The notes beneath the pieces were generated by a model that saw nothing but the letters and a program-made list of their open reading frames with translations, did not search any database and was not told the origin of the DNA. A DNA stretch of 64,000 nucleotides from Prorocentrum cordatum (lineage: Eukaryota), in the NCBI GenBank assembly GCA_963575745.1, contig CAUYUJ010000003.1:434001-498000 (forward strand), in the 5' to 3' direction. This document shows, piece after piece, positions 1-13,195 of the stretch. The position numbers and the translations under genes were made by a program. Every line of letters starts with the position of its first letter. The first letter of the stretch is position 1.

Positions 1-610
1 ATATATATATGTGTGTGTGGGTGCGTGTACGCATATGCATATGTGAATGTATAAATGTGTGTATGTATGTGTGCATGCATGTGTATATATACACGCGTGC
101 ATTTATATCTACAAATGTATACACATCGGTATATATATATATATATATATGAGTCTGCATCTATATATATGTATGTATATGCACATGTGTACGTACATGT
201 ATATGTATACGTGTACGTAATTGTGCATGCTTATGGTTGTACATATATACATATATATGTGTGTGTAATGTAGATGAACATACATATGTATATGAATTTG
301 CAAGTGCATGTGTATGTGTCTATGTATGTGTATATGTAGTTGCATTTGTAAACATTAGTGTGCATGCACACGAATATGTAGGTGCATGTGAAAATGAATG
401 TGTTCGTGTATTTTTGCGTGCGCATGCAACTACAAATGTATATGTATATGTATACGTATGTGCACATGTATGCGTATTTGTATGTGGATGGTGCCATATA
501 TATGTGTGTATCCACATATATATATATGCATGTATATATACATATATATACAACTATATATATATATATGTATATATACATATGGATGTGTGTGTACACA
601 TACATACATA
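1..610. repeat. TA/TG/CA-rich degenerate microsatellite tract
   Basis: Alternating purine-pyrimidine low-complexity sequence; its ORFs are Y/I/H/V/C-biased artefacts. Confidence 0.95.
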
Positions 611-1344
611 ACAACCCCCCCTCCCCCCCCCCAAAAAAAAAAAAAAACGAAACCGCCGCCACCGCCACCACCTCCTTGAGGGGCCATCCGGCAGCGGGGG
701 GGGTAGGCTTGCTGTCCCCTATTCCAGCTCCAGCTCCAAGCCTCCAATGTTACACTCCTGCCTTCTGCACCGCGCTGTAAATTGTTTTGGGCCGCGCGAG
801 GATGGGGTGCCCGAGAGGGACTTTGTGTTGCCCTCCCCTCTGGGGGTGCACAGGATTCCAATATTTCTGGGGTGGGGTGGGGTGGGTGGGTGGGTGGGCG
901 GGGGAGGGGGGGGGCGTTGGGCGCGTTGAAAATACATGGTATCTATGCCATCGAAGCCACAATGCCTCGCAAATCGCAGATTCCGCGCTCTCGAGGCCGC
1001 CGCCCTTGGAGAGGTCACCCATAGATGGTTCCAAGACGACCCAACAAGGGCCCCGAGAGCGATCCCATGGTCCCCCAAGAAGGGCCCAATAAACCAACAT
1101 CAACGGGTTCCATACGGTTTCTGCCAGGCGTTCGCGCGCTCGCCCTTTCCGAGCTCCCCACGGTTCAATGAACGCTCAAGAGAGCGCCCCGAAACGACCC
1201 GAAAAGCCCCCAAAACAGCCTCAAGAGTTCATTGCGTGGCAACGCTCCAGCGGATGCCACGCCCCAGGCTGGGACGCCCAAGCGCACCGAAACGTCTCCT
1301 ATCCCATTATAACAGAGAGGGGGCAGGCGGTTGGGAGCGAAACC

Positions 1345-1470
1345 CTTACATATATGTTTGCAATATGTATGTAAAGACGTGTGCATGTGTGTTTGCATGT
1401 CCGTATGAATGTATGTTTGCATGTGTGTATGGATGCACATACGGATGCATACATGCATGCATGTATGTGC

Positions 1471-1538
<68 letters not shown>

Positions 1539-1750
1539 GCCTGCCTGTATGTGTGTACGTATGTATGCACGCATGTATGTATGTACGCATGCATGCATAA
1601 ATGCATGCAGGCATGCATGTTTGCGTGAGTGCATGTATGTATGCATGTACGCACGCACGTATGTCTGTATGTATGGGTGGATGGATGGATGCGCGTGTCT
1701 ATAAAAAGGTGTGTTTGCATGTACGTATGCATGCACGCATGTATGTACAC
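1345..1750. repeat. (GTCT)n core within a TATG/CATG-rich tract
   Basis: Perfect GTCT run at ~1475-1538 with degenerate tatgcatg flanks. Confidence 0.95.
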
Positions 1751-2459
1751 GCCACGCGCTTCCTCTTCGCGCAACGGGGCGTGCCGTTGGAGCGGGCCTG
1801 GCTTCTCGCTTGGAACATTGTTGTGATGCGCGATCGTAACGCGTGTCGTTTACGATACGAAACTCTCGCTTCAGCGCGGCTCGCCAGCGTCAGTCTTAAC
1901 ACATGACTGACTTCGGAATGTGTTAAACAAAATTATGTCCGTCTCTTTTTTTTATATATAAAAAAAAAAAACGCATTATTCCGCCGATCTCCCGCGAACA
2001 TCCACCATCATAATTGATGTTGACGGTTTGCTTCCGCGTTCCTTCCGGAAACCTTCCACCAACCTTCTACCACCCCGTGCAAACGTTCACGGTTAGTTCC
2101 GCATTTCTTCCGGAAACCTGCCGCGAACCTTTCACCACCCCGTACATGCGCCCTGTGTGATTTCCCATGAACACTGACGGCATCATGCGTAACTTTCTCT
2201 GCGATGAACACCTCGGAACACACCAAATGCATTCACATTGGCGATGAACGCAACGCTTATGAACGATGCTTCTGAAAAAAACGAAATAATATGACTATGG
2301 CGGGAACTACCACCCACCCAACCAGACAACCGTCTCTGTTTCTCACCTGTCATGCTCGTTTCCGCCAACCTTCCGCCAATGCTTCCGCGACACCTCGGGC
2401 AGGACGCCATTGTCATCTTTTATTACGTCGTCATATATTATTCCATCATTGCCAATTAA

Positions 2460-2525
2460 AGTAGTAGTATTAATAGTAGTAGTGATCGTAGTAGGGTGGT
2501 AGTAGTAGTAGTAGTAGTAGTAGTG

Positions 2526-2610
<85 letters not shown>

Positions 2611-2682
2611 GTAGTAGTAGTAGTAGTAGTAGTAGTAGTCGTAGTAGTAGTCGTAGTAGTCGTAGTAGTAGTAGTAGTAGTC

Positions 2683-2727
<45 letters not shown>

Positions 2728-3359
2728 TAGTAGTAGTAGTAGTAGTAGGGGTAGTAGTAGTAGTCGTAATCGTAGTAGTAGTAGTAGTAGTCGTAATCGT
2801 AGTAGTAGTAGTAGTAGTAGTAATAGTAGTAGTAGTAGTAGTAGTAAATGGTGCGAGCCGTAGAAATTGCAATCGAATTGTTATTAAAAATACTAGTAGA
2901 AGTAGTAGTAATATTAGTAGTAGTAGTAGTAGAAGTAGTAGTAGTAGTAATAGTAGTGGTAATATCCGTAGTAGTAGTAGTAGTAAAAATAATAGTAGTA
3001 GTCGTAGTAGTAGTAGTAGTAGTCGTAGTAGTAGTATGAGTAGTAATGAACAATAATCGTAACATCATACGTAATCGTAGTAGTACGACCGATAGTAATA
3101 ACAAACCTATCAGAAAAATAGACGTCGTAATAGTACTGATGCGAATACTGAAAGTGAGTGTAATAATAATTGTGGCAGCGACACGAGTAGTGATAGCAGT
3201 AGCAATGTAGCGTTTAAACTGATATTTTGAAAACATCGCAACAATGGTCGCCATAATCATACTACGACTTGAAGTAGCCGTAGTAGAAATCGTAGTCGCA
3301 ATATGTAACGATATGTGTAGCGATGATAGCACTAAGAATCCTACTAATATTACTACTGC

Positions 3360-3413
<54 letters not shown>

Positions 3414-3543
3414 CAGTAGCAATGTGAATGCTAACTAATAGCAGTCGCAGAAATAGTTGAGTAGTAGTAGTAGTAGTATGCGTAGTAGTAGAAATAGTAA
3501 TACTAGTCGTAGTAGTAGCAGTTGTAGTAGCAGTCGTAGTCGT

Positions 3544-3618
<75 letters not shown>

Positions 3619-3661
3619 CGTAGTAGTAGTAGTAGTAGTGGTAGTAGTAGTAGTAGTAGTG

Positions 3662-3693
<32 letters not shown>

Positions 3694-3730
3694 CGTAGTA
3701 GTAGTAGTAGTACTACTACTACTACTACTA
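2460..3730. repeat. (GTA)n trinucleotide microsatellite complex
   Basis: Long interrupted gtagta runs. Confidence 0.95.
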
Positions 3731-5864
3731 CAAGTATTGGTACGAGTAAAAACAAATGTGATAATGGCAGTAGCAATGCGAATCGTATAGTAGAAATCGC
3801 AATGCAAATTGCGAATCGTATAAAACAGTAGAAATCGCAATACAAATAAGAATCCCGACAGCGGTCGTTGTGAATTATAATCAACCAACCAACCATCCAA
3901 CCGACCAGCCACGACACACAGACACACACACACCCCATGGAACCTAGCATTCTGGCTTCCGCCCACCGTCAGCCCATGTTTCCGCGCTGTTTCCGGGCAC
4001 ATGATTCATTGAGGAGTAAAACCGGCAGCGGCACGCAACTCAGGTTTTACGTACTCCATCCAAGGCCGCTTGCAGCAAGTACCATTTGCAACAACACTTG
4101 AGGAACAAATCGTACACCGTACAAGGCAGTTGGCCGCGAGTACCGTTCGCAACAACACTTGGACAACAAAATTGTGAATTTAGAGGTTCGAGCTCTAGAA
4201 CACAACGGTGCAATATACTTAACAATGATCTACAACGTTGGCGACGGCTGTCGCAAAAATCAGAATTACTCTCACAACTTGACTCAACACTTTGCACGCT
4301 AATACGTTCAAGCAAAATCTCAAATGTTATGTTTTTCGATTTTCATCCTTGTCAATATGTTTAACGTCGGGTTGGCCGGTTTGTTATTCCTACCCATGTC
4401 GGTTTCACGGAAATTCCATTCGACCCAATTATACCGATTCCGTCAATCTCGTTTCATAGTTGTTGTCGGTTCCCTCGTAATGTCAGGCGCCGCTGCCGCC
4501 GAACGTTCTTTTATCGCGCGCGCACGAACAATTGTGCTTGACAAGCTACCGCATGTTCTCACATGTGCAGAACACCTTAAAGAACTGACATACAACAGTC
4601 GCAACTCTGTCACCGAATTCCATAAACACTTTTGAATCATGTGATATTGCACGAACGCTCTGCGTTACACGCGTCGACGTTTTATGACTTTCTGGCAGGT
4701 GTAAAGTATGCTATAGTAGTTTATTCGAACGTACATAGCTACACCAAACACATCAAATGCGAATTCTTTCGCACAAGGCAAGACCAACAAGACAATTAGG
4801 CACAACAAACTTTTCTTCAAACAGTTACACCATATGTAGCATTCTAAACACTAGAATCGGACTTCACGCATGAGTGTTCAACGACACTTCCCGACGTTGC
4901 ATCGCTCACAAATTTAAGCGTTCCCCACGAATGGACGGCTCATCAGGCTGCAATGGTTTGAGATTCAAACCTTTACACGTATGACTTGCTACGCGAACCC
5001 GTTCCATGAACTTGAAGCTTGAAGAATAACGCATGCAATACCGCATGGACACAATGATCGCGCGAAGAAAACGGGCACACGACTGCAAAGAAAGACCTAT
5101 ACAGCGTGTCCAAATACGATTCTGGCCAAGACACAAAACGAAAAGAACGCAAGACCGAAAACAACATCCCGCACGAGACCTCAAAACTCTGCCTGAAAGT
5201 GGACGAAGAAGGGCGATGAAATCATATGCGGAAAAAATTCAAACTCAGTCAGAATTCGCGTTCGGAACAAAATTAAGCGCTCGCTCGAGGGCAGGGACAC
5301 CAGAGCCCAAACTTTGTTACGCCGGCATTCCGCCGTGGCTTCCGCGCCCCTTCTGCCAATCCTAGAAGGGTCCCGTTGCAGACAGACAAAAGCTTCTCTC
5401 TTGGCACGCGTGCGCGGATACACACTCACACACAGATATATATATATATATATATATATATATGGTTTTACGCATAGATGTTTATGTATATACTTATATG
5501 AATATACATCTAGGTATACATTGAGTACATATCATGCCGGCGTATTGTGCAACCGACGCGCGTCGGTATGCTGCCGAAAACCAACCGGGATACCTCGGAC
5601 GCTGCAGATGCTGAGTATTGATGTTGCCGAATACGCGGACATTGTGGAGGGACGAACGACGCCGGAAGAGAGGACGGGAGGTTGAGGCAAAAGGAGGTAA
5701 CCATGCGGACACCCGGTAATTGAAGATTTGCATGTGTCCGTCACCGTTGTTTTTCCGGAGACTGCGATCGTTTCGAATTGCAAACAACGGGCTTCGGTTA
5801 ATGATTCGAATGTCGGCGCCCACTCCATCCATCCCATCCTCGCTTCCGCCTCCCACTCTCCCAT

Positions 5865-6240
5865 TTCCTCCTCCTCCACTCCCTCCTTCCTCCTTTTTTT
5901 CTCGTCTCTTCCTCCGGCCATTGCAAACTCATACTTCTGGGGCTCACGGGCGGTGGCTCCCTTCCTCCTCCTCCTCCTCCTCCTCCTCCTCCTGCTCCTC
6001 CTCCTCATCCTCATGCTCTCCCTCCTCCTCCTCCTCCTTCCTCCCCTCTTCCTCCTCCTCCTCCTCCTCCCCCTCCTCCTCCTCCTCCTCCTCCTTCTCC
6101 TCTTCCTCCTCCTCCTCCGCTTCCGTCGCCCTTCCGCCGTTATTCCCTTGGCCCTTCCGCGGGGGGACCTCCTCGCCGCGGCCTCTCCGCCCCGTTCCTC
6201 TCCCGCCGCCCCTCTCTCTCCCTCCCCTCCTCGCCGCGCT
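5865..6240. repeat. (CCT)n polypyrimidine tract
   Basis: Directly visible. Confidence 0.9.
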
Positions 6241-7877
6241 CTCCGTCCCCCAAATAGTATGTTTTACTGTCGACTCCTTCCGCCAGCCTTCCGCCGGCTT
6301 CCGCCAAACCAAGAGATGACACATTTATTAACTCTGGGAGACAAAGGGGTTTCCGAAACCCCTCACATGTTCCATCAGTTACACGGTCGGATTGTGCAAC
6401 ACAGACTGTGGGTCTGGCGGTAGCGCCGCACATACGTTCAGCACATACCGTCCAGCACATACACTGATGTCAGGCGAACCACTTTCAACCTGAAGCTTTC
6501 GCTGTCGCGTCGCACACAGCTGTTCCGACGGAATCGGGAGGGCGTTAACATCTCAACGCCTGGCTCTCGACTGAACACCCTCAGGAAGCAGATGAATTTA
6601 CTGCTATGCGCGGCCCACCACTCAACTATGGTGCGATGGGGCCTCGGATGCTCAGCCCTCCGCGCTGTAGACTATAGAGCCGAAGTTGCGGTGGAACGGC
6701 CTGGTGCCGAAGATCTACGGGCGGACCTGGGACAGAGGAACAGCCTTCGAGAACACGAGACCCTCCGCTGGCAAAAACGATCATTCGAGGGTACCCTCTC
6801 CCAGGATGCACCAGGACGTCCTAATGGCGTCCCCCTGTCGAGGCCTGCCCGTGGACCTGGGGCCCCCTTTCTGCGCCTCCTCCCAGGGAACGCTCCAGCC
6901 GATGCGGCCTCCGATACCCGCACGGGTGGAGGGCGGCCCCTCCCACGGAGCCGACGGCGACGACGACGACGACGGCGGTGAGGAGGAGGAGGAGGAGGAG
7001 GAGGAGGAGGAGGAGGAGGAGGAGGAGGAGGAGAAGGAGGAGGAGGAGGACAGGGAGGAGGAGGAGGAGGACAGGGAGGAGGAGGGGTCACTCCCTCTGA
7101 TCCGGGCGTTGCCAGAAGTGCCCCTCTGGCCCGCGGTGCCCCCCAGGACTTCCAGGGAGGGCCCCCACGGCCCCCAGGAGCACCCCAGGGGGCCCCAGAG
7201 GGCCACAGAGCGGAGCGAGAGGCTCGGGGGCGCCTTGGGCCAGGAGCACCTTCAGCAACCCCCGACGGATGGGGCAGAAGGACCCCTGGCCCCGAAAGCT
7301 CGGAGCCACCGACGGCAGTATTCGAGTAGGGGATGGACTGCAGAATCGATGTATCCCCAAATTGATTTCCCGTCGAATCTACGAAACATGACTACAATGC
7401 TCCGTACATCTACGGACTATTCTGTGTATTGTTCTCGTGGGTTCGACGAGATAATCAATTCTGGGATAGATCGATTATGTAGTCAACCCCCTGCTCGAAG
7501 CATGGGAGACCCTCGCACGGGTGGAGGCCAGCTCTCGCCTTCGGCGCCCACACACAGACACAACACACAACACCCAGCACACAGCGCACACACACAGAGC
7601 AAACACACAAAGAGCACACACACAGCACACAAACAGCACAGCACACACTGCTCTGCTCTCTTGTTCAACGCGTCCGCCGGCGGACGCATCGCGGTCAGGA
7701 TGCGGCCAGCTCTGTGCATCCCCTCTTTCGGCGGCGGGCGGGGGGGGAAATGAGAAGGGGCGGGCCTTCGCAGACGGCTCGGAAGTCTCTCGGCCTTCTG
7801 AACCGTTTTCTAAGCCTTCCCCGAAGACACAGACACCTTCTCAGAAGGCGCGACGCCTTCTGAGAAGTCCCGCCGCC

Positions 7878-8002
7878 GAGATGAAACATCACACGCTTTT
7901 CTTATATGGCGACCAATCGCCACACCAGAAGTGCTGAAATGGAGCATCACACATCTTTTATGGCAACCAGTCGCCATGAAAAAACGTGTGATGTTCCATC
8001 TC
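7878..8002. mobile_element. Inverted-repeat (MITE-like) core inside a CTTCTNAGAAG-rich repeat region (~7760-8130)
   Basis: gagatgaaacatcacacgcttttcttatatggcgac pairs with gtcgccatgaaaaaacgtgtgatgttccatctc; multiple cttct(g/a)agaag palindromes in the flanks. Confidence 0.55.
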
Positions 8003-9120
8003 AGGGTGGCACGAGCGAGGCGTACTTCTTAGAAGGCGGCGGGGCTTCCTAGAAGCCCGCTCGGCTTCTGAGAAGCCTTCTAAGAAGCCTTGTGGGGCCG
8101 TCTCAGGAGGCGCCTGACTTCTAAGAACTCCCCCCCGTCTTTCGCACAAGAAAAAACAATAGCATATACACATGTCCAGAGATCCGCACGGACTTCTTGG
8201 ATCGGCACTGGACCCCCTCCCTGACGCCGCTGAAGGGGTGGCTCAACGCTCATCCAAAAAATCCGCGCGGAGCTCCAACAATTTGTGCTCGCGCACTTTT
8301 GTTCTTGATCGACTCTGAGGTCGGCGGCGAGCCCAGGGGGGGAATGCAGAGGGGGCGGGCCTTATCAGAAGTAGACTGGGAAGGCCTCTGGCCCTCTGAG
8401 AGGACTTCCGATCCTGCTCCGAAGATTCGCGCGGGGAAGCGGGTCCTGAAACGTACCCTGATGGTCCCTGGGCCCATGGGGGCACCAGGAACCCGGAGAC
8501 TGCGAAAAATTTCAGGACCCGCTTCCCTCAGGACCCACTTCCCCCACGGCGAGAAGGCAGGGACAGCTTCTCGGAAGGCCGGAGGGCCTCTGAGAAGGCC
8601 CACCCCTTTTCGGACGTCCCCCCAGGGCTCGCAGCCGAGAAGAGAACGCCGCTCCCATTGCACCAGGCCCTCGTGGGCGCCCGTTTTTGCCTTGGGCGTG
8701 CGTTGGAGTCCAGCGCTACAGTCGGGATTGATTCGTTGGTCGGCCACACCAGACCAAGGGTGCCCTCGTGTACTGTGTTTCGCGACGCATGCCTTCTAAA
8801 CTCCTGTGGCAATGTGGCCCTCGGGAGGGTCTTGTGTCCTCCCGCGTGTCCTCTCCAATCAACCCCGACTGCAACTCCCTTGCACCGCGTCGCACGGCGA
8901 CGAGTAGGGATCGAACGAGGGCTCGAAGAGCGAGCGAAGCGAGGACCAGGGAAAGACATCAAGGCGGAGGGACGACGGCTCGTGAGCGCCACCAACCATC
9001 GTCGATGCTCGGCTGGCTCAAAGCCACCCGGAGCTCCTGCCGCGCAGGCCCGCGAGCCCCCCCGACGTTTCCAGCGGGCGCCCGCCGCAGTGGCAGACGA
9101 CGACGATGACGACGACGCCG

Positions 9121-9153
<33 letters not shown>

Positions 9154-9755
9154 GCGGCGACGACGACGACAACGAAGACGCTGACGACGACGATGCCGCC
9201 GCCGTCGCCGCCGCCGACGACGACGACGGCGACGGCGATGGCGGGCGGAGGCGACGACGACGGAGAGGGCTTCACCACTTGGCTCGTCGCAGGTTGTCCT
9301 GGTCCTCCTGCTCTCGAGCTTCTAGAAGAAGAGAACTGGTCAGAAACTGGAGCTCTCGGAGCTCCGCGCGGATTTCTTGTATCGGCGCTGGGGCTCCCTC
9401 CCTGGCGGCGCCTCCGGCGCCGATCCAAGGCACCCGAGCGTAGCTCCAAACGTTTATGGTTATGCAGTTGATTGTGTTTCGAGCTTCTCCTGTTCTCCTG
9501 AGCGACTGATACAGAAGATCACCAGCTTCACCGCTGCATCCTAGGTCACCTCACTTCGCGCATCGCGCCCCGCTATGCACGGCGCGCGAAAATCATCTCA
9601 CCCTCGCGCTCTCGCGCCGCCACTGTGAAAAAGGGAACATATCCAGTCCAGATCGCGACGTGCGATACCCTTCGCGCCCCCGCGGGCGACCTAGAGCATG
9701 AGTAGCGCGTGCTGGGTTTCTCCTGGTTCTCCAAGTCCTCCTGAACGATTGCTAC

Positions 9756-11379
9756 AGAAGGCCACCAGCACGGAGAGGATCATTACGGCCAGCCCGGTCG
9801 CTCCGAGGTTCAAGTCAAGGGGCTGGCCGACCATCCAGCCTGCCGCCACTGAGGGGGGAGCGTTGAGCTACAGCCTCAGCCATGTAAGAGGGGGCAGGAG
9901 AGAGGCAGGATGGAGGGCGGCGAGGTGGACTTGGGGAGGATGGAGGGTGGAGGGTTGACCGACCGTCCAGCCTGCCAGCACCGAAAATGGCATCACGAAC
10001 ATCGCTATCTGCGTGCTCGACCCAACAGCGATGGCGATCGCGGCGCCCATCTTCGAGTTGTAGGCCATCCGCACTGCGGAGGCGTGCTCGCAGGCGTTGC
10101 CCACTATCGGCAACAAAATGACGCCGACGAACGACCGCGGAACACGCCACGCAATGACCATGCCATCAATAGAATCGACCATAACTTCAGACAGAGCGGC
10201 TACAGCCACCGTGCTGACCAGCAACAGACCCAAAGCCCAGGGGACACTCAATACGCCATCCTCAACCTCTGGGATGTCAGCGTCGTCGGCCAGCAGAACG
10301 CCGGATGCCAGCGGCATTGATGCGGAGGAGACCTTCGAAGTCGGAGCCTCGGCATCAGCTTCACAATTCAAGTCCTTCTGGTCATCGTCGCTGTCATCCT
10401 CGAAAATCTCTACGTGGGTGTGCAACTGAAACACCAAGTACGCAACATAGCCTACGCTGACAAACATAGCGCTCACGCGTGAGATCTCCAAAGAAGCTCC
10501 TTCTGGTTTGCCGAAGGAGAAAACCGTTGGGAGTGAGAAAGACATCACCCCCACCAGCAGCATCGTAATGTTGATCAGTGCGGCGGAGTCTGAGAATTTC
10601 TGCACTGGCTTCGCCAGCCCGCCTGCGAAGAACGCCATGCCGAGGACAAGAAGGAGGTTCGACAAGATGGACCCAAGGAGGCTGCTCTTAACGATGTCGA
10701 GGAGACCGTTCTTTATGGCATTGATGGTTATGATCATCTCTACAGCATTGCCAAACGTAGCGTTGAGGAGCCCGCCAACAGTTTGATTCAGGTTCTCTGC
10801 CAGGTGCTCCGTGGCGTCCCCCAGCAGTTTTGCGAGTGGCACCAATGCGAGGAAGCAGAGTACGAACGTCAAGCCTTCAGGCCACCCTTGCAGTTCTCCC
10901 AGAATGCCGAATGGGCTTGCGACGAGCAGCACATTGATCGGGTCGAGAAGCAGGTCCCCGACGATGTGGGCGTCGGTCGCCATGCGGCCATTCTTGATTG
11001 CGGCCGTGTCTCTCTTGATGGTCGGTACCAGCGTCAGCGCCGGAAGAGACCGCCTGCTTTTTGCCGACGGCACAATCGTCGGGAGGCTCTGGTGTCTGTC
11101 CTGCGGCCTGAGCGGCGGAGCCCTGACAGGGTCCGAGTCGGCCTGCCCAAAATCTCCCAAGCTGCTGCCGCTGGTCGGACCGGCCGGTCCTGTCTGAGAC
11201 CGCCGGATCTCGTCGCTCATCTCGGCCACGAGGCTAGGGCCAGGCAACGTCGTCCCGCTCATGCTCTCCGTGCTCACGGCAACTCCGCCGGTGCCTTTCA
11301 ACAGCGAAATGTGCTCCTCGGTCCCGAGGCTGAGCGCCCCGCCTGACTTGAGCAGCGTCGTCATCGGACGCCGCGGCAC
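9756..11379 (-). CDS. CAX: Vacuolar-type Ca2+(cation)/H+ exchanger, CAX family. Exon ~11379(ATG 11364)-9972, intron 9971-9840, exon 9839-~9756; last TM exon not found
   Basis: Alpha-1 repeat GGLLNATFGNAVE, SLLGSILSNLLLVLG, central acidic motif EDDSDDD, alpha-2 repeat GVILLPIVGNACEH...AIAVGSSTQIAMF. The second exon continues GWMVGQPLDLNLG...MILSVLVAF as expected for CAX. Confidence 0.93.
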
Positions 11380-12945
11380 GTTGCAGGTTAGCTACAGGGC
11401 TGGGCTTGTGGAGTCTGGGCCAGAACTGCAGCGAGCCTGGGATGTTGGAGGTACGTAAGCTTGTGTCACGCCGCCACCACCACCAAGACACGGCGAATTT
11501 GTCCATGTCGTGCTGGACGAGCATCAAAGGCTGTGCTCGAACTCCCCTGGTCTTCGGGACGACTGACGAGAAGATGCCTTCCTACTCCTGCTAGCGGACT
11601 GGGCGCGCACGGTGCGGTGGTGTCGTGGTGTGTCGCGGTGACGTGATATTCTGTGCTATCATAACGTAATGGTGTCGTGAAGCTCCATGGTGTTGTTGGG
11701 TGTCGTGGTGAGGGGGGGCCGCGGTGTCGTGGGCTCGAAAAGGCCCTCAAGAGACCTCTCAAAGGTACCCAGCATGACCCCCAGAGGCCCTTAAGAGGAA
11801 CCAAGAGGCCCCTGAGAGGCAGCCCGACAACCCACGCACAGCGGCGGGATGGGTCGAAGGCCACCGGATAGCCACGTTGAAAACATTCACAACTACAGCA
11901 AATACGAGAATGCACGAAATACAAGACGACTGGGACCAGAAGCATAATCTTGCATCAATCAGCAACAGCAAGAGCACGGACACTTCACTTACACGCTTAA
12001 AGCGTAGCGTCACTCGTCTACACGTTGCCATACATGCGAAACCTAGGGACAGCATTGATGGTACGAGTGGCAACGGACTTGACAATATGGGAAACAAACA
12101 TCAGATGCGAAGTACAAGGGCAATGACGGTCCGCCACCATTCAGCAGACTCTGAGCGAAGTGCTCGCATGCCCTCAAGCGTAACCAATAACACACCATAT
12201 ATTGAGAGACCCCGTGCTCCAGATTGCTGCTAGAATTCCCGGGCGCTCCCTGGCACTTCTGGAGCGCCCCGCACTGTGCTTCAAGTGGCCTCGGGAGCGT
12301 GGTTGAGAATCGACACTTCTTAGCGGGCGAACAACAGTACAACAAGCTTTTTCGCCGTCTGGGGCGCTCGTCCTATGGCATGTGGTATTCCCACATGCCA
12401 TCAATTCGTTCTGGGACTCTCTTGGTATCACCGTGGGCTGTCTTGGAGGCCCTGGGGGCTAGCCTCCTCAGATGCCAAAGACATTTGATGACTCAAGAAG
12501 ATGTTTGCATTGACTTAGCTTTCTCGCCTCTTCGGTCTTGAGCGTGTCCAGGGTGGCCCAAGAGGCCCCCAAGATCGCTCTCAGATGGCCCCCAAGAAAA
12601 GACAAAGAGGCCTCCAGGACGGCCCCAAGAGGGGTCCCAGAGCGAGCCGCCGCCAGACTTCAAGAAGCCTCCCCCCAATGCAGACCCAAGATAACCGGAG
12701 ACCCTAATACGTCCTCAACATGCATAACACGGGCCCTGAAGAAGAAAAGGTCCCCAAGAGGTCTACAGGAGGCTCCCATGAAGCCCCCCAAAAGGCCCCT
12801 AAGAGACTCCAAGATGCATACAAGAGGCCTCTGGTCACTGGTCCACGGCCCAGCACGGTGGCAGAATGGGCCGACAGCCGCAAAACCACAATATAAGTAA
12901 GAATGCGACGGGAAACAGGCAGAACAGGACTTGTGACTAACAGCA

Positions 12946-13195
12946 CCTACCTGTAGCAAGTTAGTCGAGAGGCATGTTGCATAGTGTGCGGGACGAAGGT
13001 GGAAGCTATACGGGTTGGTGACGTTGCACCTACCTGTAGCATGTTGGTAGACAGGCATGTTGCATAGCGTGCGGGGCGAAGGTTGAAGCTATACGAGTTG
13101 GTGGCGTTGCGCCTACCTGTAGCATGTTGGTAGAGAGGCAATTTGCATAAAGTGCGGGACGAAGGTGGAAGCTATACGGGTTGGTGGCGTTAGCA
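12946..13195. repeat. 83-bp tandem repeat, 3 copies
   Basis: cctacctgtagca recurs at 12946, 13029 and 13112. Confidence 0.9.

Noticed and set aside
2343..3950. Long ORFs over (GTA)n, and similar ORFs over (CTA)n, (GA)n, (GTC)n and (CCT)n
   Set aside because: Homopolymeric translations of microsatellites.
4000..5300. Lower-GC, non-repetitive segment as a decayed gene or transposase
   Set aside because: Only short ORFs with no recognisable motif; needs BLASTX.
5608..7490. Possible plus-strand exons (5608-5680, from 6671, ~7340-7490)
   Set aside because: Plausible AG/GT edges but no recognisable protein, and the frame is ambiguous.
9370..9395. RISCIGAG as a Rossmann/UDP-glucose dehydrogenase motif (also at ~35850)
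   Set aside because: It is the translation of the dispersed hairpin repeat arm; there is no surrounding domain.
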